The translations under genes and the position numbers were made by a program. Of a stretch of 64,000 bases of DNA, positions 35,393-49,150 are shown one piece after another. Source of the DNA: Selaginella moellendorffii. Taxonomy: Eukaryota > Plantae > Lycopodiophyta. The stretch covers positions 60,452 through 124,451 of the forward strand of contig NW_003314266.1 in NCBI RefSeq assembly GCF_000143415.4, in the 5' to 3' direction. Each line of letters begins with the position of its first letter. Positions within the stretch are counted from its first letter, which is position 1. Under the pieces are notes generated by a model that worked only from the letters and a program-made list of their open reading frames with translations, had not been told where the DNA came from and made no database searches.

Positions 35393-36319
35393 ATGGGCTC
35401 GTCCGGGGGATTGATCTTCATCGCCGCCGCGGTCATGGCGGCGTCCGCGGCCACGATGATCCACTCCAAGAATGTGGATTGCACCGAGCAGATCGAGAAG
35501 ATGCAGCCGTGCCTGGCGTTCGTGGAGAACCAGGTGAGCATCCCCGGATCCGACTGCTGCAAGGCGCTGCTGTCCGTCCACTTGAACAGCCCGGTGTGCC
35601 TCTGCAAGCTCCTCTCCAGCTCCAGCTCCATGTCCTCTCCCGCCGGCGTTAACGTCTCCAGCGCGATGCTCCTCCCCAGCATCTGCGATGTCCACACCAA
35701 TGCCTCGCGATGCCCCGGTAAGCAATGCTAGCTCCTCGCGTGCTCGCGCGAGATTGATACTCTCTCTCTCTCTCTCTCGATTGGGTTCCACGATCTCATA
35801 GTTTCCTCTGCGATTGGGTTCTACGATCTCATCGTTTCATCTTGTTTTGTTTTGCTCGATTGGGTTCTACGATCTCATCGTTTCATCTTGCTTTGAGCGA
35901 TTGGGTTCCAGGATCTCATCGCTTCATCTTGCTTTGAGCGATTGGGTTCCACGATCCCATCGTTTCATCTTGTTTTGATCGATTGGGTGCCATCATTTCA
36001 TGTTTTGATCGATTGATCTCATCGTTTCATTTCTTTTGATCGCAGGACTTCTCGCTGGAGCGCCGGAGCCGTCTGATGGTAAGTTCTAGCTAGCATCATC
36101 CAGAAAACCATATGCTTACAAGCTCTGGCCCCTTGCAGGGAATCGCAAAGCTTCGTCCGGTGAGTAGTCGAGCTCTCTCTTGGGACAAAGAGAAGATATC
36201 GTTTTTTTTTTTGTGTGATTGTTCTTCCAGAGGATATAGCTTCCGGGAGCCAAAGGCTGGTCTGGAGCTGGATGTGGAGCACTGTCGCGGCGGTCCAGAT
36301 CCTTTTTTCCATGCTTTAG
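35393..36319 (+). CDS. GPI-anchored non-specific lipid transfer protein (LTPG)
   Basis: Signal peptide and 8-Cys motif (C..C..CC..CLC..C..C) in exon 35393-35717, short Pro-rich exons, and a hydrophobic C-terminus ending at TAG 36317-36319. Confidence 0.85.
35759..36030 (+). repeat. (CT)n followed by an intronic minisatellite of about 41 bp (CGATTGGGTTCYACGATCTCATCGTTTCATCTTG), about 6 units
   Basis: Units start near 35778, 35811, 35857, 35898, 35939 and 35980. Confidence 0.9.
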
Positions 36320-36425
36320 AAAAGATAAAATCTACACAACAGTGTAATAGACAGTTCTAATACACCACACTGTCACTTACGCTTGCTATAGGTAGGTTTA
36401 GGGTTTATCCCTCCTCTTCTATGCG

Positions 36426-39400
36426 ATGGACGCGAGCGCGATGAAATCCGCGCTGCAGGAGCTCTTCGATCTGTATCTCGGGGTAGGATTTCTCACGATC
36501 TAGATGTAGCGTTGCCGATTTGCGCCGTTTCCAGCTCAATGCGCTCCTGTAGCGCCTCTAGTGCGATTCTAGTGTAGTGATTCCAGTTTCTAGCATGGAT
36601 TAGAGCTCACAGGAGAGGATCTCCGCATGTTTATATCGCTCACATCGTTTTTTTTTCCAGAGGAACTCTAGCGTCAAAGGCGAAGGAGCCGGAGGGAGAG
36701 AGAATGCGTAAGCGATCTAGTAGCTAGTCGTGGCTCTACCGTAACTTTGTTTCCCTTTTTCTTCGCTCTTGCAGGACTAAGCAACGAAAGAAAGCTTCCA
36801 CTAAACCGCATCCTCCTAACGAGCAGTTCCAGTCCGACTATCTTCTTCTACAAAACCAGTTCATGGTAGGCTTGTTCTTTTCTAGTTTCTCTATACGACG
36901 ATTCTTCTTGCAGGATCACAATCAGCTTCAAGCGATAACAGAGTCACTCGTTGCCATGTTGTTCATACAATGTGGAAGTCACGCTCCCCAAGCCGACTTC
37001 TTACTCTTTGCTCTCCGGACGCTTGCTAGAGCCGGGTTGCTGCGCTCGGATATGTTTCTACTCGCCTTCTTCCGGGCCGTGGCTATGGTGGAGTCGAATC
37101 CTGTCGCTGTGACGCAAGCTCAGTCTTCTCCTTTAGTCTCAACGTCTGGGGAACCATCGACTAATATCTTGGTGACACCGTCTTCGGCCAAGAGAGCATC
37201 GGTTTGGCTGCGTCCGCTGGTTTGCAACGTCATGGGCGCTGCTCTGGAGGCCGAGTTGAGGCCAGTAGCGTCTTTCGACATGCTTTACCTCACCGTGCAG
37301 TGGATCAACGACGTTGCTAGCGGAAGCGAGGGATCGCTCAAAGACGTAACTTGGCTAGACAATTGTCTCGAAGTTTTGCGGATGCTGATAGACGAGAGGA
37401 AATGCCGAGTGCCATTCTACGCTCTTCTGCACGACCAGACGTTGCTCCAAGCGGACTATTGGCCTGAGAATGAAGCGCTCCTGGGACTCTTTCTCGATCT
37501 GCATCGGAGGCGTGACAGGATTGCTTTACACATGCTGATGTTTGATCATCACTTGCAGTGTCCAACCTTTTCAACACTGAGATCCACAGCGTTGACTTAT
37601 GCAGGGGCGATGGGAGAAGCTCTGTATGGAGAGGTACTTTGTGTTTATTTTTCTATGTTTTTTCATTTCATTTGCGTGCGTGAATTGATCTTATGCTTCA
37701 CATGCATATAGATAAATAGATAGAACTTCTTTATTGAAAGTTGTTACGTTGTATGTGCAGGAAGTTGCTGCTTCCGTTCAGCGTGACAGCCTAGATTATG
37801 AGAAGGCATTGCGGTGTCTTAAACACGGCCTACGAACAAATCCATCCGCCGACATTTGGAGGCGTGTTTTGGTATGTGCTCCACGGCACCGGCAGCAGCA
37901 GCAGCCTGTCCCTCCCAGACCGGGGCCTAACACTTCGTGGACACAGCCGGGGCTAGTTTTTAACTCGGAAATGACTTGCGAGGCTGTAGTGGAAAGAATT
38001 ATGGATCTTATGCAGCCTATTTCTACGGGTAGGGGATTTTATCATATTTTCTCATTGTGAATGATATCTTGTCTAGATGGTTCCAGGGAGCCCTGCCTTC
38101 AGCGCGACATCCACAACAGAGTCGGGGAGATGGCAGGAATGGCTCAACTTTGCTGACTTGTTCTACTATTTTATGCGGAGAGGCTACCTGGATTTTCTTG
38201 AGTTTATTGAAAAGCTGGCCGGGGCTTTTGCAAGTGGAGAGCAGAGTATACAACGGAGCAATCATGTCACCTGGTTGCTTGCACAAGTATTTCGCCTCGA
38301 AACCGTCACACAGGCTCTGAGTGAGGACGAGGACTCGAGAAAGGTCGCCTCGTTTTCGTTTTCTCTTTTTCCTTCTTACAACTTGTATGTTCCAGGTGGA
38401 GACTGCTCAAAAGATACTGTCGTTTCACATGGCCGACCGCTCCGTGGATCATAGCAATGCTGTATCTCCTCAGGCGAAGCTTTTGGATTACGTGGGAAGC
38501 AGTCAGATTTTACGACTCTGGGCATTGAATCGAACTGTGATGGAGCAGTTGGTCGGTAATCGAATGCCAGAGCACATTCAGAAAGGGAAAACAATTGATG
38601 AATGGTGGAAGAAAGTTTTGAAAGGTATTTCCTTGTTAGTGTAGTAAACTTCATCTTATTTTGTGTTTCTTTTGTCTATCTTTTTCTTCCAGGAGAACGC
38701 TTTCTAGACTATGCAAACCTGGATGACAACTCCATGGGAATGGTGTGGGTTTTATCACACACCATGACGCAACCCGTGGCTGACGCTGTGATGAATTGGA
38801 TGCGGTCCAACGGCGTGGGGGAGGTTCTTGTTGGAAATGAAAGAATAGCGGTGGTTCACGAGACAAGCCCGCTTCCGATTGCCATGCTGTCTGGGTTATC
38901 TCTTCATCTTTGCATGCGGCTTATACAACAAATTGAGGAACAAATATTTGCTGGTCAGGTACGGCGCTTTTTGCTTTTTTATGTTTTGTTGTCTAATACC
39001 TTCTGCCAGATGGTACCAAGCATAGCAATGCTGGAAACGTACGTGCGCTTGCTTCTTGTCGCACCACAGACATTATTCCAGCATCACCTGAACGTAAGTT
39101 GCTGAACGAGATAGACATGAGCTGAACATATTGAATTAACAGGGAATGATGCAAAAGTACCAAAGCGGTGCAGCAAAAGCAGGAATTTCGCTTATTCTTC
39201 TTGAGCTTCTCAACTATCGTTTGATGCCCTTGTACAGGTAAGTCTTCTTTCGTCTTTGTTTAGTTTAGCAAGTACTATGTATGTACAGGTTCCATGGAAA
39301 ACTGAAGCAGCTAGTGTTTGATATGGCTAAGATTATAATTCCAATGAAGGCCAAACGTGGAGACCACCGACTCTTCCGTCTTGCAGAAAACCTTGGAATT

Positions 39401-42292
39401 AACCTTGTTCTTTCAATGAAAGAAGTTTTGCTTATAAAGAAGGAGAAGGTAAAATGCATCTCTGTCGCTGCAATTGTTATACTCTGCTTCTGATATTTCC
39501 AGGGTGCCACGACGGAATTCACGGAAACTTTGAACCGAATTATGGTAGTAAGTCTCGCTATTACTATCAAGACCCGGGGCATTGCAGAATTCGAGCAGCT
39601 ACTTGTTCTACAAACTGCGTTAGAGCAAATACTTGCGAATAGTAAACATACATGGTCAGAGAAGACAATGCGGCACTTCCCGCAGACGCTTCGTGAAGTT
39701 CTCGCTTTAAGATCTGATGGAAGACTGCTAACTCTTCAAACTTGGCAGCAGGTTGGCTGACATATCATTTTTCGTAATTTTAACGTTCAAGTTTTACAGG
39801 TTGAGACTACTGTTTTGCACCAGTGTCAACAGCTTCTTGCTGGTGACCCAGCATTTGCCATGTCCTTTGTAAATCACAGTTTTCCGCCACACCGTCCGTT
39901 CCTCTGTGCCGCCGCCTGGGTTTTGATGGATTGCCGTCCTGAGAATTTCAACTGTGGAAATCTTGTACGTGATAGTGATGTTTTCACAGCTGCTAACTTG
40001 TACATTTGTTGCAGGGTAAGGCTTTGAAAGAGCTGTCACCTGAAGACGTAACCTCGAATATCTACATGCTTGTTGATATCCTACTTCATCATATGCACCT
40101 CCAGCTACAGCACGGACACTCGCAGCAGGTAAATTCTTGATAATTTTTTTCCACTTTTGTGACAAGTTTGGGTTCTGCAGGATCTTCTGTTGAGGGCCAG
40201 TGCTACTTTAACTTATCTCGTATGGTCCCAGGAAATATTACCATTTGACATACTGCTTTTGGCGCTGCTAGACCGTGACGATGACATTCATGCGCTACGA
40301 CTAGTGGTATGCTCATTTGTGGTTTCTCCTCTCACCATATCATGCTGATTGCAGGTTAGTTTGCTCCTTGATCGCAAGGAGTTTCAGCAGCTTAGAGTTC
40401 AGAATTACTGTCGGCAGCATGGTCAGCAGGAGCACTGGCTGCATCCGGGGCCTTTCCAACGTGTAGAGCCGCCACAGGCCCTTGGAAATCACTTGGCTGG
40501 AAAGGAGAGGTATGATTGAGTATGGCTACTTGGTCACGTTGGTTCACTGTTTATTCTAAATGATGATTCAGGTACCCTGTATTCTTCGATGACATGGCTT
40601 TGCGCGCCTTGCCTGTCATCCACCTTGTTGTCTACCGCCTGATAGAAAACGACGCCACGGACACCGCAGAACATGTTTTGACTGCATACTCTCCTTTGCT
40701 ACGTTACCATCCTACTCGTTTCACATTTGTGCGTGATACTCTTGCGTACTTCTATGGTCATCTGCCGAACAAGCTTATCTTGAGACTGCTGAGCAGCCTA
40801 GACATTGCGAAGGTAACAAGTTTCTATTGACTTTCCAGATGCATTATGAATCCGAGGTGCTTTTAACCAGATGCCGGTGTCGGAGGCGTTTATTCGGATA
40901 CTCAACACTGGAACGCCTCCATATGACTACTACGTAACAATGCTCTTGAATCTGGTAAACAACGTAATCCCCTCGTTCACTAACAAGCCAAGAACGTCAT
41001 CCCCGACAATGGAAAGTTTTTGCACGACGCGATCAACTACGCCTGGCAAGAGCCCGGCATCATCCACCAATTCGGCTGACAATCACAAGGCGTTTTATCA
41101 CCACCAGGATCCTGGAAGCTACTGCCAACTTGTCCTGGAAACCTGTGTCATCGAGCTACTATCTTTGCCAACACCTCCAGCGCAGGCAGTAGCAATGCTC
41201 GTCCAGATAGCAGTCCGTGTCCCAACACCTCCTTCTCAGGCTTACGCCTCAGCTTCACAGTCAGCAGCTCCACGGAGTCCCCTGTTGCCAACGTCTCCTC
41301 CATCAGCATGCACGGCAGAAAGCTCCACTCCGTCTTCTACCTCCGTCTCAACCGGCCAAACGATCTCGCCTTTCATATCTCCGCAAGTGATCCAAGCTTG
41401 CGGCCTTCTCTTGGCTCAGCTACCTAGACAATTCCACGATGTGTTCTACAAGGAAGTGGCACGTATACTCAAGGACTGTTGGTGGCTCAAAGATCCAAAG
41501 AAAACTCCCAAGGAGATGGATGCTGCTTTCGGCTATTCGGTATGGGACCCCTCTTGGGCGGTTCAAGACGGGACGTCAAGTGTGATAGGTACAGAAACGA
41601 TCTTTTTGCTTCTTATTCCTTCTTTTCTTCTTTTTTTTTCTTTTTTTTTTTTGTGCTAATATCTTCTGTACAACTTTGTCAGGGAATGCGGCCGCTTTGT
41701 TCCATGCATTCACGGCCAACATATCTTTCGAGTGGCTTGAAAACACGCACGACGTCGTCAATTTGCAAAGGCCGATGACCACAGTTGCGCAGCTGCGGCT
41801 CGCGTTTCGGATGTTGGGACCGTTAGTGCCGCGCTTCGTGATCTCACGACCTCTGTTCGCAAAGGTGATACTTTTATATCGCATTCTAAAATCCTCTTTC
41901 TAACTTGTTTTCGCTACAGACTTTAGCTTTGCTATTCACAATGCTCGCAGAGGTGTTTGGCCGAAACGCCCAAGTTCACGACGTTACCGAAATCACCGAT
42001 CTAGTAGATTTCATGTAAGTTCTACTCTCCTCTTTTGCTTTAGATCGTATAAAAAACCAAACTTGATGTTTGTGTGTCCAGGCACCATGTTGTAATGCTG
42101 GAAGCACAGCAGGCCGGTGGAAAACCAAGGCCCGACACTCTCGGCCTCTGCAACAAAGCGGTGGAGCGCTTACATCCCGACGTACAACACTTGTTCCAGC
42201 ATCTTACGGTAGATCCCCAGCGATCGATTTACGCTGCCACTCATCCCAAGATCGCTCAAAGGCCACTCTCATGCTTCGCTACAACAACGTAA
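36426..42292 (+). CDS. MED23: Mediator subunit 23
   Basis: LFDLYLG, HAPQADFLLFALRTL, LHRRRDRIALHM, RSNHVTWLLAQ, KRGDHRLFRLAENL, YHPTRFTFVRDTLAYFYGHLP and SIYAATHPK. Many short introns. Telo-box near 36398. Confidence 0.95.
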
Positions 42293-42388
42293 AGAACACA
42301 CACACAGTACTACTATCAATTTAGGTACTTCTAACCTCTCTTTTTTAATTTTTTTTCGGTGCTCAAAGTAACACTTCTTTCTTTCGCT

Positions 42389-43970
42389 CTAGACTTTGAA
42401 AAACCGCCCGCCTTTCTGTCCAACTCCCGTCCCAGCGAGGCTGGCAGCGAGGAGAGATCTCGTATCAGGCCGCCACTTAAACTCCTTCAGCGAAGCAAAG
42501 CAATTCGCGAGAGCTGGGCTCACCTCCGAGTCCCGGATGCTGTCGCAGAACGTCACTCGCAGCCGCTGGAGATCTTTCCAAGCCATCACCGCCGCCTCCA
42601 ACCCGCTGGTGGTCAGAAGCGAGCATCCCTCGAGCGAGAGAAGCCGAGTCTTCCTGGCGCAGAGAAAGACAACGTTAATCACAAGCTCGCCATCAAAGCT
42701 CTAAAGGCTCTTACCTGCATTTGCTCGCCATGCTAAAGGTCTCGTCTTCCAGCCCCCAGCAATCGTTAAACTCGAGCTCCCTCACGTTTCTACACACGCT
42801 CAGCAGCGCCGCGAAGCCCAGCCGGTCGCGAAGATCACACTTTGCGAGCTTGAGACAGTCCAGCGCCGAGCAGTGGCCGAGGTACTCCGGAGGCCCCGGG
42901 TCTACGTCGATGTTCCGGCAACTCACCAGGCATAGCTTCTTCAAACACGAACATTTCGACAAGGCAGCGATCCAGCCTCTCTGGAATCCTTTGGTGGACA
43001 GCGTCAGCTCCTCGAGCATGAAGCAGCACTGGCCGATGGCAGCGATGCCGTGGTAGCTCGCCTCGCAGCCCATGAGCTCGAGCTTGACGATTCGGCTAAA
43101 CCGGTTGGCTAGAACAGTGAGGCCGATGTCCGTGAAAGTGCCCAAGTAGTGCTCCGTGACGAGGCCGACAAGTCTCACTATTTGGAGGTGGCGGCACGCG
43201 GACATGGCCGTGAGGGCCTCGTCTGTGCACTGGAGGAGCTCCAGCTCTTGCAGCATCGGGCAGCTCCGCGCGACGTACGCAAGCCCGGCCTCGATCTCCG
43301 CCACCATTTTGGACGATGGTGCTCTCTCGGACGAGAGCGCCACCACCTTTGACGAGGCGCGATCCGACGAAAGCGTCACCACGGCAATTGGCTGCTGCTT
43401 CTTCTCCTCCACCGCCGCCCTGGAATCGTCGAAGACGCGAAGAAGACCCTTGATGGATCGCTCCCTGTAGACGTCCTTGAGGGACAATCGCTGCAAACCT
43501 GAGAAGCTATCGCCGAGGATCTTGAGACCGCTGTCCAGGGCGGCGGGGGAGAGCTCGTGCTCTTGGATGCATCGCTCCACCGGGAAGATGTCCACCACGT
43601 CGGGCGTGAGGGGCAGCGTGTAAGAGCCGTGCGTGAGAAGCACCGCGGAGCAATTCCTGGGGACGAGCACGCTGGCCTGCGTCAAATCCAAGTCGGTGAG
43701 ATTGGGAAACCTTGCCTTCAATCGCCCGCTCTCGAGGTAGCTCCACTCGTGGAGCTTGAGGGATCGGCGCAGGAGGCCGTGGAGCCGAAGCCAGCGCTTG
43801 CAGACGAGCGAGCAGGGATACGGCGACGATCCCCCGGGCAGCCGGGCGAGGATGCTGAGGAGAATTTCGTCGGTGAGGAGGGCGGTGAGATCCGCCCCGG
43901 CCAGGAATTTCGCGGGATCGATCTTGTTGCCCAGGCCCTTGCCCCTGATCTGGTGATGATGCTGCTGCAT
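42389..43970 (-). CDS. F-box/LRR (RNI-like) protein, At5g07670/At5g51370-like
   Basis: DLTALLTDEILLSIL...SLVCKRWLRLHG, WSYLESGRL..RFPNL, LEGCSLLTT.GL and WRPDTRSLL. One intron near 42660-42715. Confidence 0.9.
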
Positions 43971-44665
43971 CGCCAGATCGATCTGCGAGGATTGGGATCC
44001 CTCTCCAGGCGCGCCTTTTTGACACATGAAAGGAAACTCTCTTCGGTGCGCGCGCTCCCTCCGCCAATGCGGCCTACAATCGCATCGATCGATCGAATTC
44101 CACGGCCGTGGCGTGGGAAATCCCCGCGCTAGAACCCTAGCGCCATAGCCCGGGCGGCCCCTTTCCCTCTTTGCTTGCTCTTTCAAACCCTGGGACGCGT
44201 GACAAGCCGCCCAGCGGAAAAAACAAATGCCACAACACTGTAGAGAGAAAAAAGAAGAGAGATGCAATGCTTCGCTTCGTGGCGACCGTTGGATGCGCTC
44301 AAACCCGACGGCCCAGATGCGTCCAAATCCGGGCGTACGCACGCCGAGATTTGTACAAGCTAGATTGGACGAATATCCTCGCAAAGCTGGAAGGAATATT
44401 TCACGCTTTTCTAGCTTAACCGGTAATGGTTTAAAACGGACTCTCTTCCGAAATCCACCTCCTTGAAAGCTCCACTCAACTAAACGGATCAAGGCTTGTC
44501 TATCGGATGGACTGTCGCTACTCCAAAACTTAGCGATCGATCGATTGATCTGCGAGAATGGAAATATCAAAGTAGCTAAGCGATCGAAACGAGCTGCCTA
44601 CCACTATAAATCCAGCCATACCTCTGAAAGAAGAGTTTTTTCTCCTCTTTTTTGTGCTCGACCAC

Positions 44666-45707
44666 TCACTCCTCGTCCCTCTCAGATCTTACAGTCTCCA
44701 CGAGCTCATTGATGGCAAGCACGGCCTCTTGCAGGGATGTCACAGCTTCTTTATGAGCGGCCAGGTACTCGGCCTCGGCTTGACACTCCTCCAGGCCGGA
44801 GATGGCACCATCCAGCTCTGCCGGGGTGCAACACAAGTTACACGCCTCAGGTGGAGCGACTCGCCTTTGATCGGTGGCTTGACGCTCGCTGGGGTGGCCT
44901 GCTCGTTTCAAGATCTGGAGGGTCGCAGTCTGCAAGAGTAAAGCATTAATTCACCCGAAAGAATTCTCGCTTTTAAGAGAACGAAACTAAAACCTGGGAG
45001 AATGGAAACAAGGAAGGATTTGTAGCGAGGAACTTTTAAAGCATTCAAAGAAAGTTCGAAAAAAAAACAGAAAAGATAAAAACGAAGCTTTTAAGAGACC
45101 AAAACTTAAGCCTGGAAGTGGAATGGAAACAAAGCTAGGGAGGGATTTCTGGCGAGGCATGAAGAAACAAAAACTTGAAAGCAATCAAAACTGTGAAACA
45201 AAAAGAAAGCTCTTTGTCTACTTTACCATCTGGAGCTTTTTCTTCTCGTGAGACTGCACGGCCTGCAATAACACCGCGAGGTCCTCCCTGGAGCACGCAG
45301 GATCTCGCAACGCAGCTTCGATTTCAAGCACCTAGAGATTTTGGCAGCATGGCACATGACAAGAACACAAAAATTAAGAATTTCCAAGGAAGAGGAAAAA
45401 AGGAACTTTGTGGATGGAGGGATTGATTGCCGCTCATGCCTGTCTGGAACACTCATTAAATTCCACTGTCACTCTGCCGCAAAGCTCCTTGTAAGCCAGC
45501 TCCGCATTAGAACGAAGATAATCTGCAAAACCCCTGGCCAGTAGCTAGAGTGTCACTGCTTGGACGAAATCGCAAGAATTTCCACTGATCAACTACGATC
45601 GAGACGGCGCAAGCAAAGATATAGCATTACCTCTGGAGCTCCGTGTAGATCGTTGCTCGCCGCTCCTGGATCTCGAGAAACCGGCGAAGGAGCTCCTTCT
45701 CGGCCAT
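44666..45707 (-). CDS. DNA repair REX1-B domain protein
   Basis: Spliced ELLRRFLEIQERRA / GFADYL..AYKELC..EFNECSRQ / VLEIE..VQSHEKKKLQM / TATLQILKRAGHPSER. Intron 2 is GC-AG. Confidence 0.85.
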
Positions 45708-45780
45708 AGCCAATCGCACTAGGGTTTATACTTACGAGGGTTTTTTTCTAATTTTCGCGCCAAAACGATTAGGGCAAGCT

Positions 45781-48071
45781 ATGGCGGAGGAGAGCTCCAC
45801 TCCATCGAGACAACACAGGTTTGGAGTCTACCAGAATGCGGCGATCGCCTCGGCGCTGGATGCGCAAGGGTCGAGGAGGAGCTCGCCGCCAGCGATCGTC
45901 GCGCTTGTTTTCCTCGTTTCCACTTGGGGATTGCTCTCGATTTCTTACCGGTGAGTGGGCTCTAGGGTTCTTGGCAGGGTTCTAATGCTCACACTGTTAG
46001 GAAGGAGACGATCAAAGACACAATGCGGCTCTTTGGGCTCACGTATCTCTTCGCAAGTAAGATCTTTCTATCTTTTCTATCTCCTTGGTACTGATGGAAC
46101 AAAAAACTAACGTAGAAACTACCGTGAGACTTTGCCAAGTCGTTCTTACGCTCGTCTTCCTCGGTGCATTGTCCGCGTTCTTGAAGGCCATTTTTTCTTC
46201 CGAGGAAGGCTACTTCGTTTTCAAGTCATCTTCCCAGATTTCATCGCCACTGACACCACGGCAGGAGATGCTACTTGGAAGGCGAAGCTCAAGAACAGCA
46301 CTGCCGCCGCCAAAGACTGCCAAATCTCCGACCGCGGTTTCTCCAAGCACGATGTTCCCGATCCATCCTCCGCTGTTCAAAGGCGGAGTGAAAGGAAGTG
46401 GCCAAGCTCTCGGGGCTGCATCTCCAGCAACACCAGTGCAAGTGAGTACATTTCCATACACACCATCAGTGGCTTCTTCTCCAGACTCGAGTTTTCTTCC
46501 GTGGACGCTCAAGTACAGGAACGATGAGATTCGGACTGAGGAGGAGCTTGAGAGTTTTCTCTCGGACGTGGGAACTAGAATGGTCGAGTCTTCAGGGAGA
46601 TCAGGCAGCACTCCACAGGGTGGTCCAGTTACGCCATCGCCAATACGAGTTCTAGGTGCCGGCTCCGGCCCAAACGTGATGAGCACTACACCTCGCTCTC
46701 CAGCAACTGCAGGGACACCGGTACGAGCCGTAAGGGTCTCGCCAAGTTCTCAAAAGTCGGGTGTTTCGCCAAAGAAGGCAGAAGGTGATCTTCCTGCTCC
46801 TTTCACAATCGAGCAGGCAACAGATGGCTTTAAAAAGCTGGGCTTGTGGCCTGATATCGACCAGTGGAGAGACGGTCTCAGACAATGGTTTTCGGACGTT
46901 CTGCTTGCGCCACTGCTCTACAAGATCGACAGGAGCCATCTACAGGTAGCGAGCAGTATTGGTTTTCATGCCATGACAATGCTTTTATGACGTTACAGGT
47001 TATGGAGACAGCGGCAACACTTAGTTTTTCCTTGGCAATCAGTCCGATCGAGGGTAAACGCAATAGCAACAGCAGTCCTGGAATGGATGGGAGTGCACAG
47101 GAATGGCTCACGACATTTGCTCCAGACGAGGACGCGCTTATTCATCAGTTTCGTGCATATCTGCTAAACGCTAAAAGCTCCACGCCGAGTAAGTTTTTGA
47201 GTTGACGAAGGCTGAACGTCTCTCTAACAATGCTCGTGTCACGCAGCACCATCTATTTTCGGGCTGAAGGTTCCGAACGAACAGGATGTGAATCCTTTAC
47301 TGCAAGCGTGCCTCGATGCCGTCACTGAGCATCAACGATTGCGTGCTCTTGTAAAAGGCGAATGGGTGAAAGGACTTCTCCCCCAGAGCAGTGTGAGATC
47401 AGATTATACGGTCCAACGTCTGCGAGGTACTCGCTTCTCTTTCTGTTTTTTTCTTTCTTCAGTTTTGACGAATGCGTGAAATATGTTCATCTTCCAGAGC
47501 TAGCCGAAGGCACTTGTGTCAGGAAGTACGAGTTTGCTGGAACGGGCGAAGTTTACGACAAGTCAACGAAGCGCTGGAGCTTGGAACTTCCAACAGACGC
47601 TCACCTCTTGGTCTACCTTTTCTGTGCGCTGCTGGAACACCCACAGTGGATGCTGCACGTCGATCCAACATCTCACCCGAGCACTCAGTCAGGCAACAAT
47701 CCACTCTTTATCGCCAGCCTTCCACAAAAGGAGCGGTTTCCAGACAAGTATGTGGCAGTCTTATCAAGCGCTCCTCCAGTGTTACATGCTGGTGCGTGTA
47801 TTCTAGCCGTCGGCAAGCAAAGTCCTCCTGTCTTTGCTCTCTACTGGGATAAGAAGCTGCAATTCTCGCTTCAGGTAAACAAGCTCTCTTCCATTTTTAT
47901 CGCTTCTCTGAAAGAGTGTTTCTCCAGGGACGAACCGCACTGTGGGACGCGATTTTGCTCCTTTGTCATAGGATCAAAGTCGCGCATGGTGGGATTGTTA
48001 GAGGCATCAATCTCGGCGGCCCGGCTTTTAATCTTCTGTCGCTGCTGGAACAGCCTTGTGGCGAGAATTAG
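45781..48071 (+). CDS. TMEM209/PNET1-like nuclear-pore membrane protein
   Basis: FGVYQNAAIASAL, TM helices, LTPRQEMLLG, WRDGLRQWFSDVLL.PL, WSLELPTDAHLL and YWDKKLQFSLQGRTALWD. Confidence 0.88.
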
Positions 48072-48459
48072 CGAAAGAGTCATCTTCACTAGCTTTATAG
48101 TTCGGGAAGGGTACTTATTTTATAGACATATCTAATTTTAATGTTCACATCCTTCTACAAATTATTAACTTGACAAAAATGTAAGAGTAAATAATATAAT
48201 TTGTTTTAAATTTTATATTATTTTGAAAAGTAAAAAATAATTTATTATGCTACTTTACAAAATAAAATATATAAGTAATAAAAGGAAATAGCTTGAAATA
48301 ATTAAGTTTGTAAATGTTTGATTAAGAGTTTGTTCATATTTAGTAACAAATAGGTCTTAAGTTTAACTATATTAATTAGTTAATAATAAGCAATTCTTTG
48401 AGATCCATAAATGCTTGTTCACAATCCTTATATCATACAAAAGATGATGTTGACAACTT

Positions 48460-49080
48460 TAGTTAATACTCACAATAGTGCAATACGATTAAAAAAATGA
48501 TTGACAAAACAATTGAGATATTACACTTTGCCTAGGAAGCATTGTATATCATTCATACACTTCAAAGTAGGGAATTTCAAAATAACTATAAATTTGTCAG
48601 AATTAACTTGCAAACCTTCATGAGAAATATAATAAGTTGTGTCCTTAAATCTAAAGATGCATTTAAACTATTTTAACTTTAAACTAAATTCCCGCAGCCA
48701 TCCCAACACTTTACGAACATCATAGATATGATCCTCCCATGTCCCTTCCAATTGGATTAAGACATCATTATGAAGTTAATAGTCACTTTTGGCATATCAT
48801 AGAGAATCTCATCCATCATTTGCTAAAAAGTCATTGAAGCATTGTTCAAATTAAATGGCATTACCATCAACATTAGATGAATTTGTGCTAAGTGAATCCT
48901 TTGATAGTACTCCCAAAAGAAGGATGAAAGGGTCATTGACTTATTTATATGTGCAAGGATCCCCCACTATTCACATAATTATTCATTTACCAAAAGAATC
49001 TCTATGTTAAAACTTTCCATGGTAGCAACACAAATAGGACATTGTTGACGCCAAAGCCTCCACCTAGGAAATAGAGGATG
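48460..49080 (-). mobile_element. Decayed Ty3/Gypsy reverse transcriptase fragment
   Basis: The minus strand reads VMPFNLNNASMTF*QMMDEIL (compare MPFGLxNAPATFQ), KCIF..ISHEGLQV and IQCFLG. Confidence 0.75.
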
Positions 49081-49150
49081 TTAATTTGGAAAACACTTAT
49101 GTATGAATCCACTCATTCTTTGCTAAATGTGGGTCTTCTTCCTTCTCTAG

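Noticed and set aside
35778-36030. Regularly spaced repeats resembling a CRISPR array
   Set aside because: No unique spacers, no cas genes, and it lies inside a plant intron. It is a minisatellite.
43971-44570. 200-codon N-terminal extension of the F-box/LRR ORF
   Set aside because: Non-ATG start, promoter/UTR-like composition and no recognisable motifs. The first plausible ATG is 43970.
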